NCBI RefSeq assembly: GCF_001194135.2
Contig: NC_068986.1
Location: 83,407,285 to 83,471,284, forward strand
Length of the DNA: 64,000 bases
Direction: 5' to 3'
From: Octopus bimaculoides
Taxonomy: Eukaryota
Shown here: piece by piece, positions 1 to 12,400 of the stretch
Numbering within the stretch: the first letter of the stretch is position 1
Layout: the number at the start of each line of letters is the position of its first letter
Made by a program: the position numbers and the translations under genes
Notes under the pieces: model-generated
Database searches by the model: none
Told to the model about the DNA's origin: nothing
The model's input: the letters and a program-made list of their open reading frames with translations, nothing else

Positions 1-128
1 CAAATCCACTCACAAGGCATTGGTCGGCCCGAGGCTATAGTAGAAGGCACTTGCCCAAGATGCCACGCAGTGGGACTGAACCCGGGACCATGTGGTTGGT
101 AAGCAAGCTACTTACCACACAGCCACTC
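1..128 (-). mobile_element. tRNA-headed SINE family A, 5' half (cut by window edge)
   Basis: Reverse complement matches the head of 48665-49078 (box A TGGCTGTGTGG, box B GGTTCAGTCCC). Confidence 0.88.
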
Positions 129-2953
129 ATTCATAAAAGACAAAATTTGATTGTTGGAGTTCAAGTTTCACCTGAATTGCTATTGCCTTTCATTCCTCTT
201 CTTACTGATTAAAATGAATGCTAGTAAAATGCTAGTCAACTATACATCTTTTTTGTAGATAAATAAATAGTGGTTTTGTAACCATTTAAAAGAAAATGCA
301 ATGAAAGTCACTTATATGATCAATTTGGCACAGGGTTTGATCGCATTAAGCAGAGAATATAGCAAATACTTTGGCCCACTGATTTTGGTGACAATAATTT
401 TCTGATAACATAGTGGACAGTGTTATTAGAATGTTATTGTCATCAAAATCAAATCTTATGTTCACTACTTTAGAAAATCTATATCAGCTAAGCAAATGAC
501 CTCTAAGTGCATTAAAAACATAACATGATTTAATATAGTGATTTCAGAAAGTTATCATTTTCTTTGAGCATATAAAAGACAAATTTAGCTGGGGAAAAAT
601 GAGTAAGCCAAGATTAGGTAAATTTGCCACTTCTATTCTCTAGAATCACATTTGAAAACAAACTCAATAACCATCCCTAGATATCAGAAATGTGAAAAAA
701 AATTTAAACTGTCTATGTCAAATGAAAGGGGATCATGGAAAATGGCACATGATATGAAATTAATAAAACTTGACTAAATATTTAAAAAATCCACCATAAA
801 ATATTCTCTGTGGCTTCTTTGCGATCTTCTGAAGTGGCTCTTTTCCCAATATATTTATGCACCATGCAGTTAAAGAGAAGAAATTAGTGAAATTAGTCAT
901 TACTCATATTACTTCATTTTAGAAACATTTTTTTTGCAACTTGAAAATGATCAAATTAGACATTAGTGTGGGAGAAAATTGACTTGGAATCCAAGAAAGA
1001 AAAGAATATTGATTGTTAAACATAAAAAAAATTATCCAGATTTTTTTTTTTTATTAGCAACCTCAATTACAATCAGGTCAAAGTTGAGGAAAAATTTCTT
1101 GAAAAAGTGGACCTGCCACTTGACTATGTTTTGAACTCTCTCAGCTTCAACAATAACCACTACACTGACCAATTTTTACTCCTAAGGACGATGCAACAGT
1201 ACAAAACGATGATGCAATACTTTCACTGTAAAGATTTCAAACAAGCAAGAAGAAAATAAGAAGAAATTACTAATTTTTTCGTCATTTATTTTTTCCCTTT
1301 CCCCTCTATGCAAGGCAGTCATATTTACAATTGATAGTGGGTAACTAATGTGATTGATATTGGGTTGAAGGTAATCGGTTTCAGTCACTGGCTCTTGTGT
1401 ATGATGGTATTTAGTCACAGGTCAACTCTGATTGAACACAATTTTGATAATCAACGGTGAAAATCTCGGTCTAGTGTGATTTTAGGAAGATTTTGCTGCT
1501 ATTTCCAGTAGGTTGAGTGACCGCTTACAGACTGTTTCATTTGCTAGTCTGTGTATGAGTTAGAATTATGTTTGAGATAATAAAAAAAAAAAATTCATTA
1601 GGGTGCCATTTCGGATTATGCTTTCACATTTTAAGTGTTTATATGGGCGACTTTTTGCAGGGGACATAACTCTGCCGACTTTGATCATTAGAATTAAGAG
1701 TGTGTTCATATTTATCAGTGAGAGTAATGGTGATGGGGGCCTCCTAACTGATGAGTCGATGGACAGATTAATTTTAGAGTACTGTATTTGAAATCTGCCA
1801 TATCTATGCGTAAGTAGAAATATAACGACCACTACAACGGTCTGTAGTAAGAAGGACTTGGCCAAGTTTTATACTGCTGTCTTGGTAACTTCTGTAACAA
1901 TGAAGGTGGAGGTTGGAAAAAAAAAAAGCAACATTCATTTCAATGCTTTCTCAGAAGAGAATGGATAATGTTATGTTCACGACTCCTTTGTAGGACTGTC
2001 TAGGCTGGTGGAGGTGAAAGAGAAAGATATCACAACTGAATGGATTACTCTCAGGTCATAACAAAGGTCTTTCAACAAAAAGTACTCTTTCAAATGATCC
2101 TAAAAGTTAGCCAGGTAGTGTAGTAGCCCATATAGGATCTTCAGATTCCAAAAGGATGACAAGCAAAGCTGACCGTGGGAGGATTTGAACACGGAGCACA
2201 GATAGTTGGAAAAATACAGCAGGACTGCCAATTCAGCATCTGGTTGTAAGAAATTTACCTTAGCAAATTCTGCAGGGAAAGGTAGCTGTTAAAATGATGA
2301 TGAGAATGAAGGTGACAGAAACTTGCTGTATGAATCTTGAAAATGCAAAGCCCAATGCCACTAGTAGCCATTAGATCCTGGAACATGCATACTGGATTGA
2401 ATGGGCAGGTTGGATGGTTATAGTACTGAACTTATACTTTCACACGCGATCTGTTTTAGTGGTCACAGTATTACACTGAGACTGCATGGGAGATATTTTA
2501 TTTGGCCGAGGTGACCACACTATGAATGCAATGTGTAGTGATTTTTTAAGTTCTGTAAGTGAACATCAAACTCAGTTGTTCAGCTTTGATGATACTGAAT
2601 CTAAGGGCGTCTGTGATTAGTAGGTGTGGCCGGCTTCTGTTTACAATGCTGTGGATTCACTTGCTGCAACCAGTTCAATAAGAAATAATTTAATAATAAA
2701 TCAGAAGTACATATACAATCTGTCTTTGATAGATTATAGTCCTGTCTAGAAGGAGATTTGTTTCTCAACTTAAACTAAGCATTGTCCACCGTGAAACCTG
2801 TAGGCCTTTTGGCAACATTAAAATTTTTTCATTCTTTTCTTTTTTTTGTTTTGTAAACAGCTACGTTAAAAAAAAACTAAGTTTCAATTCAAATATTTTT
2901 AATCCTTTATCATTCATGATACTAATTGTTATATATTATTATGTTCACATCAA

Positions 2954-3165
2954 AGGTGGTGAGCTGGCAGAATTGTTAGCACACTGGGCAAAATGTTTAG
3001 TGGCATTTCATCCATCTTTATGTTCTGAGTTCAAATTCCACTGAGGTCGACTTTGTCTTTCATCTTTTCGGGGTTGATAAATTAAGTACCAGTAAAACAC
3101 TGGGGTTGATGTAATTGACTAGTCCCCTCCCCCAAAATATCAGGCCTGTGCCTTTAGTAGAAAGG
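2954..3165 (+). mobile_element. tRNA-like SINE family B
   Basis: GGTGGTGAGCTGGCAGAATTGTTAGC head, GAGTTCAAATTCC box B, 18-bp TSD ATTATTAT(G/A)TTCACATCA (2935-2952 / 3166-3183). Confidence 0.88.
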
Positions 3166-3314
3166 ATTATTATATTCACATCATGGTGGAACTAATATTA
3201 AAAAAAAATATATGGCTTGGTGATATATATTTTTCTGCTATTAAAATTAAGCTGGTGTGAACATCTAGTATAGTTGCTCTCATGTAGTCCCAGTCAGCTC
3301 TCTATGCAGGCTTA

Positions 3315-4514
3315 TCAGGTTGAGTCCAAAAATTCTTTGGGTTTTTCTGTAATGATTTTTGTTAACTTGTATCTCTATGTTGTATCATTAATTTGAGACA
3401 ATTTCTTGTCCAATTGTTGCTTAATTGTTTATTCTTTATTTTCATATATAACATATAAACATTAATTTCTTATTCTTTATTTTACAACTTTGATAGTGAC
3501 TGGTGGAAAATTGCAATTAGAGGAATTTTATGCTACCTGTGAAAAAAGAACTGAATGTAGCAGTAAAAAAAAACTAGTGCCCAAGAACTGTCAACAAATT
3601 TATGGTACAAAACTGGTTCAGACGTTTCAAGTAAGATTACACCAGCCTCAAAGACAAAGCAAGGCCAAGGAGACCTGTTGTGGAAGATGAAGTCTTACTT
3701 GAAATGATTGAATAACAACCAAACACAAACACTCATACAGTGTTGGCAGGATTTGGTCCTTCACAAAGCACCATTAATTGACACCTCTGTAACCTCAGCC
3801 TTGTAAACATGCTATCAAGAAGCTCCTCAAGGACTGGCTAATCACAGGCTCAATGATGTGTGAACACTTGCAGACAACTGCTGGCAAATCTTTGAGATGC
3901 CTATTTTTGGATTCAGTTTGTGACTGGTGATGAAAAATATATCTATTTTTGTAATCCTAATAGAAGTCAGGGTGGTTTGAACAGAAAGTTACGTTGTGTA
4001 TTTGGTGGAATTTTGAGGATGTGTTGCACTTTGAGCTTGTCCCAGATGGTCATGCTGTGATAACTAACCTTTATGCCCAACAACTGCAGCAAGTATATGA
4101 TGCTTTGAAAGCCTGCTATCCACCATTAGTCAATCGAAGATGCACCCATACAGCATGTCAGTACCCCGCACACACTGCCAATGTGTAGGGAACTTGGGAG
4201 GCTGGAAGTGCTGCATCACCATGCCTACAGTCCAGACCTTGCACCATTGGATTACTACCTTTTCCAAGTCATGGTCCATTTCCTGCATAGACGAAGATTC
4301 AACAATGTGGATGAAATTGAAAGTGGGTGTTGGGAATTTTTGGCTTCGAAACTGGCCAAACCATATAAGTGCGGAATTGAGCTTTGGCACAACAGTGGCA
4401 ACAGGCAATACGATATGATGGGATATATTTTGATGAATAAATGCTTTTCATATGTAATTTGTTTGAACTATAAATGAAAGCTTGAAATGTGAAGAAACTT
4501 TTAACTCAACCTGG
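3315..4514 (+). mobile_element. Decayed full-length mariner (Tc1/mariner) transposon
   Basis: TA|TCAGGTTGAGT...ACTCAACCTGG|TA imperfect TIRs, 1.2 kb. Frameshifted transposase remnants: VTGDEK (3920), IWWNFEDVLHFEL, HHAYSPDLAPLDYYLF. Confidence 0.9.
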
Positions 4515-4813
4515 TATAACACATAGGTCTCAAGTTGACTTCTTTTGAGTCATCCCTACAGGTCTAGATACATCGCTCCTGCATTTGGTTGAAAATGGAA
4601 TGCCTTGCACATTTTCTTGCAGTGCTTTATTGTATGTGATGCACTGTGATATTCCAGACGTGTTAGATTCCTCAATTGTCCAGTCTCTTTTGGAAATGAA
4701 ACCCATTAATTAATCAATGCTTAATTTATCCTTTATTGGTCTTAAGTCTTAAACAAAAATCCATTAATTAATTAATGCTTAATTTATCCTTTATTATTCT
4801 TTCTTTCACCAGC

Positions 4814-4973
4814 ATGGCAGAAATAATTGCTGAAGTGTTCCCAGTAGAATCTGGACAGCAAATTCTTGTTTTAACCAAGGGAGACAATACCTATTTTACT
4901 GGCTTGCCGGACCTTCTAAAAGCAACAACAGGTGTTGCTGGTAAAGTGCTAACACGGGATTTGGATAAATTAA
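4814..4973 (+). CDS. CIAPIN1: CIAPIN1 coding exon 1 ([10 protein letters not shown]...RDLDKL, ends phase 1)
   Basis: Acceptor ttctttctttcaccAG ends at 4812, then 1 nt of UTR and ATG at 4814. Donor GTAAGT at 4974. Phase matches exon 2 (A+GT=Ser). Confidence 0.85.
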
Positions 4974-5367
4974 GTAAGTTAACATTCTTCTCTTCATTAA
5001 AATTTAATTTTATGTTACTCCTATTATGACACAATTATGGTGGTTGTTGTTTAGCACTCAGTAGCTGAGCCTTGATTTAGCAGTCTTATAGTCATAGGTA
5101 TTCTAAAACCATAGATTATATTTTTTTAATTCACAGCACACCTAGATATTCTTTGCAGTACACTTGCCAGAACCATTGCTCTGTGTGGTTGCTTGACCTA
5201 GCAGCCAAATTTTCCTCAAATCACATCTTGAACAATGGAGTTGCTGATAAATATAAAGCTGTTGTGGTCATGACTGGAATGCCTATTTTGATAAGTTTGT
5301 TCTGTCAGGTTCCAGATTCTGTGCAATTTGGTGCATGAAACTGTTGTTGTTTATCCCCAGGTCAGCC

Positions 5368-5411
<44 letters not shown>

Positions 5412-8400
5412 TAGTAGGGTGTGATTTGATGTGGATTTGGTTAGTATTTCTAGGAAATTGAGTAATCATGTAGAGGCTCTTGTAGTTCTCACATATGCCT
5501 TTATTCTTTCACTCTGCTACAATTTTGTGCCATTGGTTACTCTTCCTAATGCCAACCACACCAAGAGTATAATGAGTGCTTTTACATGCCACTGGCATGG
5601 ATGCCAGTTGCATGACACCAGTATCTGCCACGACTGATTTTACTTGACTTGACGAATCTTCTCAAGCACAGCATATCGCCAAACGTCTCGGTCACTAGGC
5701 ATTGCTTCCATTAGGCCCAACGTTTTAAGATCATGCTTCACCACCTTGTCCCATGTCATCCATATATAAACCTTGCCAGATCAGATTGGATCCTGGTACA
5801 GCCTCTTAGCTTGCCAGTCCTCAGTCAAACCATTCAACCTATGCCAGCATGGAAAGCGGACGTTAAACGATGATGATGTAAAGGGGAATAACTCGATTGA
5901 ACAGCTTTACCATAAAGAATTCCTGTTGCACTGTTTTTATTCGACCAGTGCTGGTCTGTGTGTGTGTGTGCGCACAACTCAGAATGCAGAAGGCCAGAAT
6001 AAAATAACTACCAGTTAAATAAAGAATCTGTGCTTGATGAAAATTTTCCTATTCACATTTTGGACTTTTTTAGATAAGAATGTGAAGTTAACTTAGCTAC
6101 TTTATTGCATTAAAAACAGTTAAATATAGCACTCTTAAACCTGATATAGGTTGGTTCTAATGATTCTACAAGTCCGTTGTCAAATTGACTACATCCCTCC
6201 AAATGATCAAATGTGATGCTTATTCATTCACATTGTTTTGGATTAATCATGGATTATCTTGTAGCTTTGACATTTTAACAATGTGATTGTATATTTTGAG
6301 ACATTGTAGGGTAGGTGTAAGAAGTCTAATATAGCTGGTTTGGACATAAAACAAAGTAGAATATTTGGGTTGCGTATGGCTTGTTTAAATGATAAAGAGT
6401 AATGAAAAGCTTGTGCAAATGTAAAAAAATTCTTCTTGTTATTACCATTGTAATCATTCTTATTTTGTTGCTAGGTGAATACGTTGGAACAAAATTTGAC
6501 TCTGCTGTGTTTGGTATGATTTTATCAAAAGACTTTAAATTTGAACTAGAACAATTGGCCAGCGTGTGCCAGGTGCTAAAACCGACATCTCAGCTTCATA
6601 TATTCAAAATCTCATCACCAGAATCCACACAGACCAAGGATCAACTTATATCTTCTTTAAAATTATCAGGATTTGTGAAGGTCACTGAGGTAAGTTTCTT
6701 CATTCTTTTCTGTCTTTTCTATCTTTGTGACAAGAGCAATGTTACAGCATGGCCTTAACTTTAATGCTTATAAAAAAGTAAACATACTTGTAACGTGAGG
6801 GTTATGAGGTAGATCTTGATCCACTTTACAATTATGGAACCTCTTGGAGTCAAATAACATGTTTACTTGGTGGTACAAACTTGCTTTTAGTTTTTCATGG
6901 CTTGGTGTTTGGGTTTGCAGCAAGGTTGTTCTATCTATGATCTTCATAGAACCTTCAAGACCCATTACATTAATACAGCAATTGTTCTTTTTAAAGAACA
7001 CAAATTGATAGCTCCATGAAAAATATGAATGGAGAGGAAGGAATTCCAAGTGGCTAATGTTCTGGAAAGAAAGGACTGAGTAAAATGTCAGTAAAGGGTG
7101 GGTCTATGGATAGGGATTGAAGGTATATGAAGTATGAGTGACGGGAAGAGGAGAGATGATTGACTCTTATGGGACTGAGTAGAGACGACATGCTACCAAC
7201 CAGTTCTGAGGACCAAAGGCTATTGTAGTTTAACCAAAGGTCAGTGTGTGTTGCTGGATAACTTCATGTCAATAAGTGAGTTGGATGTTGCTTTTGTTAT
7301 TGTAATGTGGTCTTGGATATCTGTATGTTTAGTAACAGCACTCTCAGATGTTGAAGCCAAAACTGGGTTGTATCCAAGATAGCTCAAGATAATTAGGATT
7401 CTAAATCAAGGTACTACCTTCTCCTAGCATATAGGAGTTGAACTCAGTATCAAAAGCTAACAAAAACATTTATTGATTACACAGTACTCCTCTTACTGAG
7501 GTTAACTAATTTTACTCATCCATAGTACTTATTTACACTTGCTACTGAGGAATATCTCATACACCTAAAAAGACAAGATGGTCACAGGTGGCATGTCTTT
7601 GATGTTTCTGGATTGATCAGAACTTGAAACAACATCTTATCTTAGTCTATTTAGTTGTTGTTTAGCTTCCTGTTTGCCTTTGATCCTGGAGGTCTATGAT
7701 CAAAGGCTTTTCATCCATGACCAATTTGTTTTGCATGAGGTATATCATATTATCTAATATATGTTCCTTCCCATTTTTATGATGGTGGAGTGTAATTTAA
7801 TATAGATTTACTGGTATTTCTTGCTGATTTACTGACCACATAGAGGCTCTCTTGTTGGCTTGTATTGTTAGCAATATGGAAATATTCACTGCTGCAAGTA
7901 TTGAGCCATATCTCCACAAGCTTTTGTTGGCCTGCTGTATTCAGCTCCAGTACTTTTATGGTTATGGTGAAGGCAATGGGAAAATTAATTTGCATCCATT
8001 TTAGAGTTGTTACATGAAGACAGAATGGCATAATGTGTTTTATTTCCTTTTCTAAATGTTATGCTGAAGACTTCTAATAGAGTTATTTTTAAAAACATTT
8101 ATTGTGTCTGTATAATCAGCTTCTATGTGCTGCTAGTAGCATATAACTCGAGATAACATGTCTCATTGTCATGTGACGAGTAACTAAATTGGCTTTCTCA
8201 TCTTGTTTGTTGAGTGAGGTGTGTGTGTGTGCATGTGGCGTTGTCCTGTGATGATTGTAATAACAATCTATTACTCTGGCGTAAGTATAAACATATAAAC
8301 AGATGATGCTGGTACAAGACCTAACAAGGGAACTTATAAGTTGTTGCTTGACCTACAAGAAATACCAGAAAAATTCCAAGAAATCATACCTTATCTTAAA

Positions 8401-9405
8401 AAAAAAAAAAAAATACACATTGGATAATATTGTCCTAGATACACTATGTCAACAGGAAATAAAGGTGAGGTCAAAACTGGAATACCTTTGATCATAAGGT
8501 ATGCTTCATCATGAATGACCTGGAATTGAACAACAACTATTGCTGCAAACAGTAGGAGTATTGTACAACTGGCGAATGTTTTATTAGATTGTAAGACTGC
8601 TTTGAAATACTCTGAGGCTTTAGATTAGAGGGGGATGGTCTCTAAAGTGGTTGACTTGTACTGATGGCTCATTGAGACATCATAGCAAGTTAACTCCTCT
8701 CACTGAATGATGTGTGAGTTTAGGCTGGTGTGTGTTTAAGTCTCAGCTGGTGCAACGAAAGATTCTGTAACTGTAACAAGGTTCGTAACTCAGTCAAACA
8801 GTTAGAAAGGGAAATAATTCGTTTATTTATTTTTTGTTTGGCTTTACAAACTTACATTTTACATATTTGGCACAGTGCATTTTTATGTCCTTTTTACTAT
8901 GCTTGCATCATTTTCAGCACAGCATCTCACCATATGTTGGCAGTCCTATGTAATTTTCTTTGTGAGGTGCAGCATCTTGAAATCAACGTTTATGATTTCT
9001 GTTTCCGTTGGTCTTCCAATTTTGACTTATGGATGTTAAAGGTGCCAAGTATACTTATTAATAAATATTATTGTTGTTTAGCTGTAGGTCAAAGCTATCA
9101 TCAAAGAGATTCAGCTATATTGTTAAAGGAATATTTTTTTATTTAGATATTGCACGTTTGGCTATTCACTGAAAGGTTGGTGGTTCAAGCCCACCCAGGG
9201 ACACAACTTGTAATTTATATAGCATAGACTTGGGTGTGTGGTTTAGATGTTTGCTTCTCAAATACATTGTTTTGGCTTCAGTCCTTGTGTTTGGCACCTT
9301 GGGCAAGTGTCTTCTGCTATAACCCCTGTGAGTAAATTTGGTAGATGGAAACTGAAAGAAACCCATTGTGTGTGTATATAATACAAAAATGTACATGCAT
9401 GCATG

Positions 9406-9454
<49 letters not shown>

Positions 9455-12400
9455 TTCCTTGTCGTGGCATTTGCATGACATTTGTAAATGAGTGTTACTA
9501 TCATGCAAACAGTGTCATTCATTTCCAATATTCTGCCAATACATGTAACAGGAAGGGCATCCTGTTGTAGAAAATCTGTCCCCCAAAAATTCTATCTGGC
9601 CAAGTCAAGCTTCGAAATGTAAACATTAAATGATGATAGTCTCTCTCTAGGACTACATAATCTGGTGGCCACATACTAACCCTTACAGAAATATAAGGAA
9701 GATGAGGCATCAGAAAATGGTTGTACTTTACTGTGTTTAACCTTGCTATTCTGAGTTCAAATCTTGCTATATTTAACTCTCATCTTTCTGGGTCTAGGAA
9801 AATCTGTAAACTGAAGAGCACTTAGTCAGCTACAATATTCCATTACAAATACTGTTCTTTTTATAACTTTATCATATGCTGTTGTAACTTTTCAGTTGAA
9901 TGTTTTGTTTCATTATATCTACCTTGACTATCTCAAATAGATTAAATTTTTTAAAATCCATATTTTTTCAAGTATTCATATATAAAAGAAAAACATCTAA
10001 AGAAGTATGTATTTGGTTTGACTTCATTTTTCTCATCAATACACTCCATTCTTGAAATCACAGAGCAGACAGATAAAACAGAATTAACTTTGTGCTTACA
10101 TTGTAAGATAAATGTGAGTGAATATGTGATGCTTTGCAGTGTCAATGGACACTATTTTATTTGCTTAACTTCATCTGGCTGTTAAGAAAGCATATCACAT
10201 TCTCTGGAAATGTTACTCATGATAAACTGGTGACATCTTCAATTGTAAATTTGTGTGTCATCTATTTCTCACTATATAAGCAAGGAAATAGGTGAATGTT
10301 GGATAATTAGTGAGTTTACTTTAGAAAGCTAGATTGACTTAACTTTAATTCTATGTTGCTGGTAATTATAGCTAGTTGACACTATAATATACTGATGTGT
10401 ATGTTCAAGGGCTTATGTCACAACACCAGTGTTGCATTATGTCCTGAACAGTGACATTCAATTAATCAAAGCTCATTCCAACTTGTTCTTTAATAAGCGT
10501 TGTAGTACTGGTAATGGTAGGCAGCTTCAGCAAGCAGTAGCTAAATTTTTTTTAGTGTTTGAAATTTCTAATTCCATTATAAAACAATACATAACACCAT
10601 TGAGGTGGGGTTCTTACACTAAGCAATTTTGAGAAAAAGAAAGATATTTTTTAACCCTTCAGCATTTAAACCAGCCACATCCAGCCAAAAATATTCTATC
10701 TCACCTACCCTGTACTGTCATCTTAAAAATAAACAATTACATCATCAAAACCATAAAGCTATGAGATAATGTATGATTAATACAAAACAATATGAATAAA
10801 TAATCATTACATTTAATAGAGTAATCTGAATGTTAAAAAGTTAATTGATTTGTTCCTTGAGAAAAGTGATAATCCCTGGAATACCACAGTAATGGTAGTG
10901 GGTAAAAAAAGAATGAGTGTTTTTGAAAAACGTCTTTGCTAATATAGGTTGGTGTGGTTTACAAATTCATATATTTACATATCAAATACTATGCTAATGA
11001 CTGACTGGTGCACAATGCTGCAGAACATGATGTAAGAGGCCTTCAATTTGTCATGTTATTAAACATTTGCTACTGGTTATCAAGTACTTATTCAGTTTTC
11101 CTCATTCAGTTTTGTAGTTTTATATATCAGCTTAAAACTGTATATCTTTTGCAGCTCCCAGAAGTCAAACTTTCTGTATATCTTTTGCAGCTCCCAGAGG
11201 TCAAACTCTCTGATTCTAATGTAGATTCCATCAAGGCGTTTTGTGATTTGCCAGCTGAAAGCTCTATAGTCCATCTGTCTGCAGCAAAACCTAGCTATGC
11301 TATTGGTTCCACAACCAAGCTTAATTTGAGTCAAAAACTCAAGACAAGTAAGGGTTTTCTTTCTTTGTTTGTTTTGATATCTGTTTGGAGACTGAAGTGG
11401 TTGTTTCACAAGGCTGTCTTTTTTGCTTTGCAAAGGATACAGGTACCTGTCAGATGTGTTTTAGAATTTCCTCATCTAGTATAGTCATTGGAAATTGTGC
11501 TACCTAGGTATCTGAACAGAGAAAGTATAGATTGTTGTTTATTGTTTTGCTAAGTAAGTAGGGATAAGGAAGAGTGCAGTATGCTATTGATAGTTAATGT
11601 TCCTTTTCTGGACATTAACTGTTTCACCGACTCATTTATAAGTTGTAATGGTACCTGAGATGATGGACCATAGGAATCCTGGAGTGTGAGCCACCAGAGC
11701 TCAGTTATCAACATAGTAGTTCGATAATCTGTTTCGATTTGAGCTTAGTGGAGGACTGAAGACTTCTAGAATTGAAAATATTTCTGTCAGGCTAGAAGTC
11801 TTTGTCCTTCTTCCCGTTCCATCCTTCTCCATTTATGATATAGTCATACAGCTGAAGATATTAAATAACACAACAGTCAATACATAACCCTGTCTGACAC
11901 ACATCACCTTGTTGGGTGATGTGATGTATATAGTGCAGTAGTACTATATTAGTTGAAGAGTTAGGTATGTTGGTCTTTTCCACTTGTTTGCAATTCTTTT
12001 GCTTACAACTCACTGCTGTTGCTTAGCAAATATAATGAACTTGGAAGTAACTTAGTAAGTCTTCCCTGACATTGTGCTGTCTCACTCCAAAACTCTGGCC
12101 ATGCTTCTTCATAACTACTTATGGTTATTGAGTGCTTTGCAGTTCCAGAGTAGTAGTGGTTCTTAGAGAAACTATACTCACTTTGGTGGATATATCTTTG
12201 TATTTATGAACCATTACTATAGTACCTAGTTAGTGAGTTCAGGAAGAGAAAGGATAACACTGTACACTGAGAGAAGTAGCTGTGGTAGTCAGTTGGGAGT
12301 ACGTACTAGTCATTTTAGGTCTCACTTGCCACTGAATCTATCAAACATCAGGTTATGCATTAAGATACCAAAACAGGTCAAAGTCATCCTAATGGATGAT

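Noticed and set aside
1748-1775. CTGATGAGTC-GATG-GAC resembling a canonical hammerhead stem II
   Set aside because: Followed by AGAT rather than GAAA, with no supportable stem I or III.
8240-8330. GTGATGA C-box-like motif suggesting an intronic C/D snoRNA
   Set aside because: No suitably placed CTGA D box or terminal stem found.
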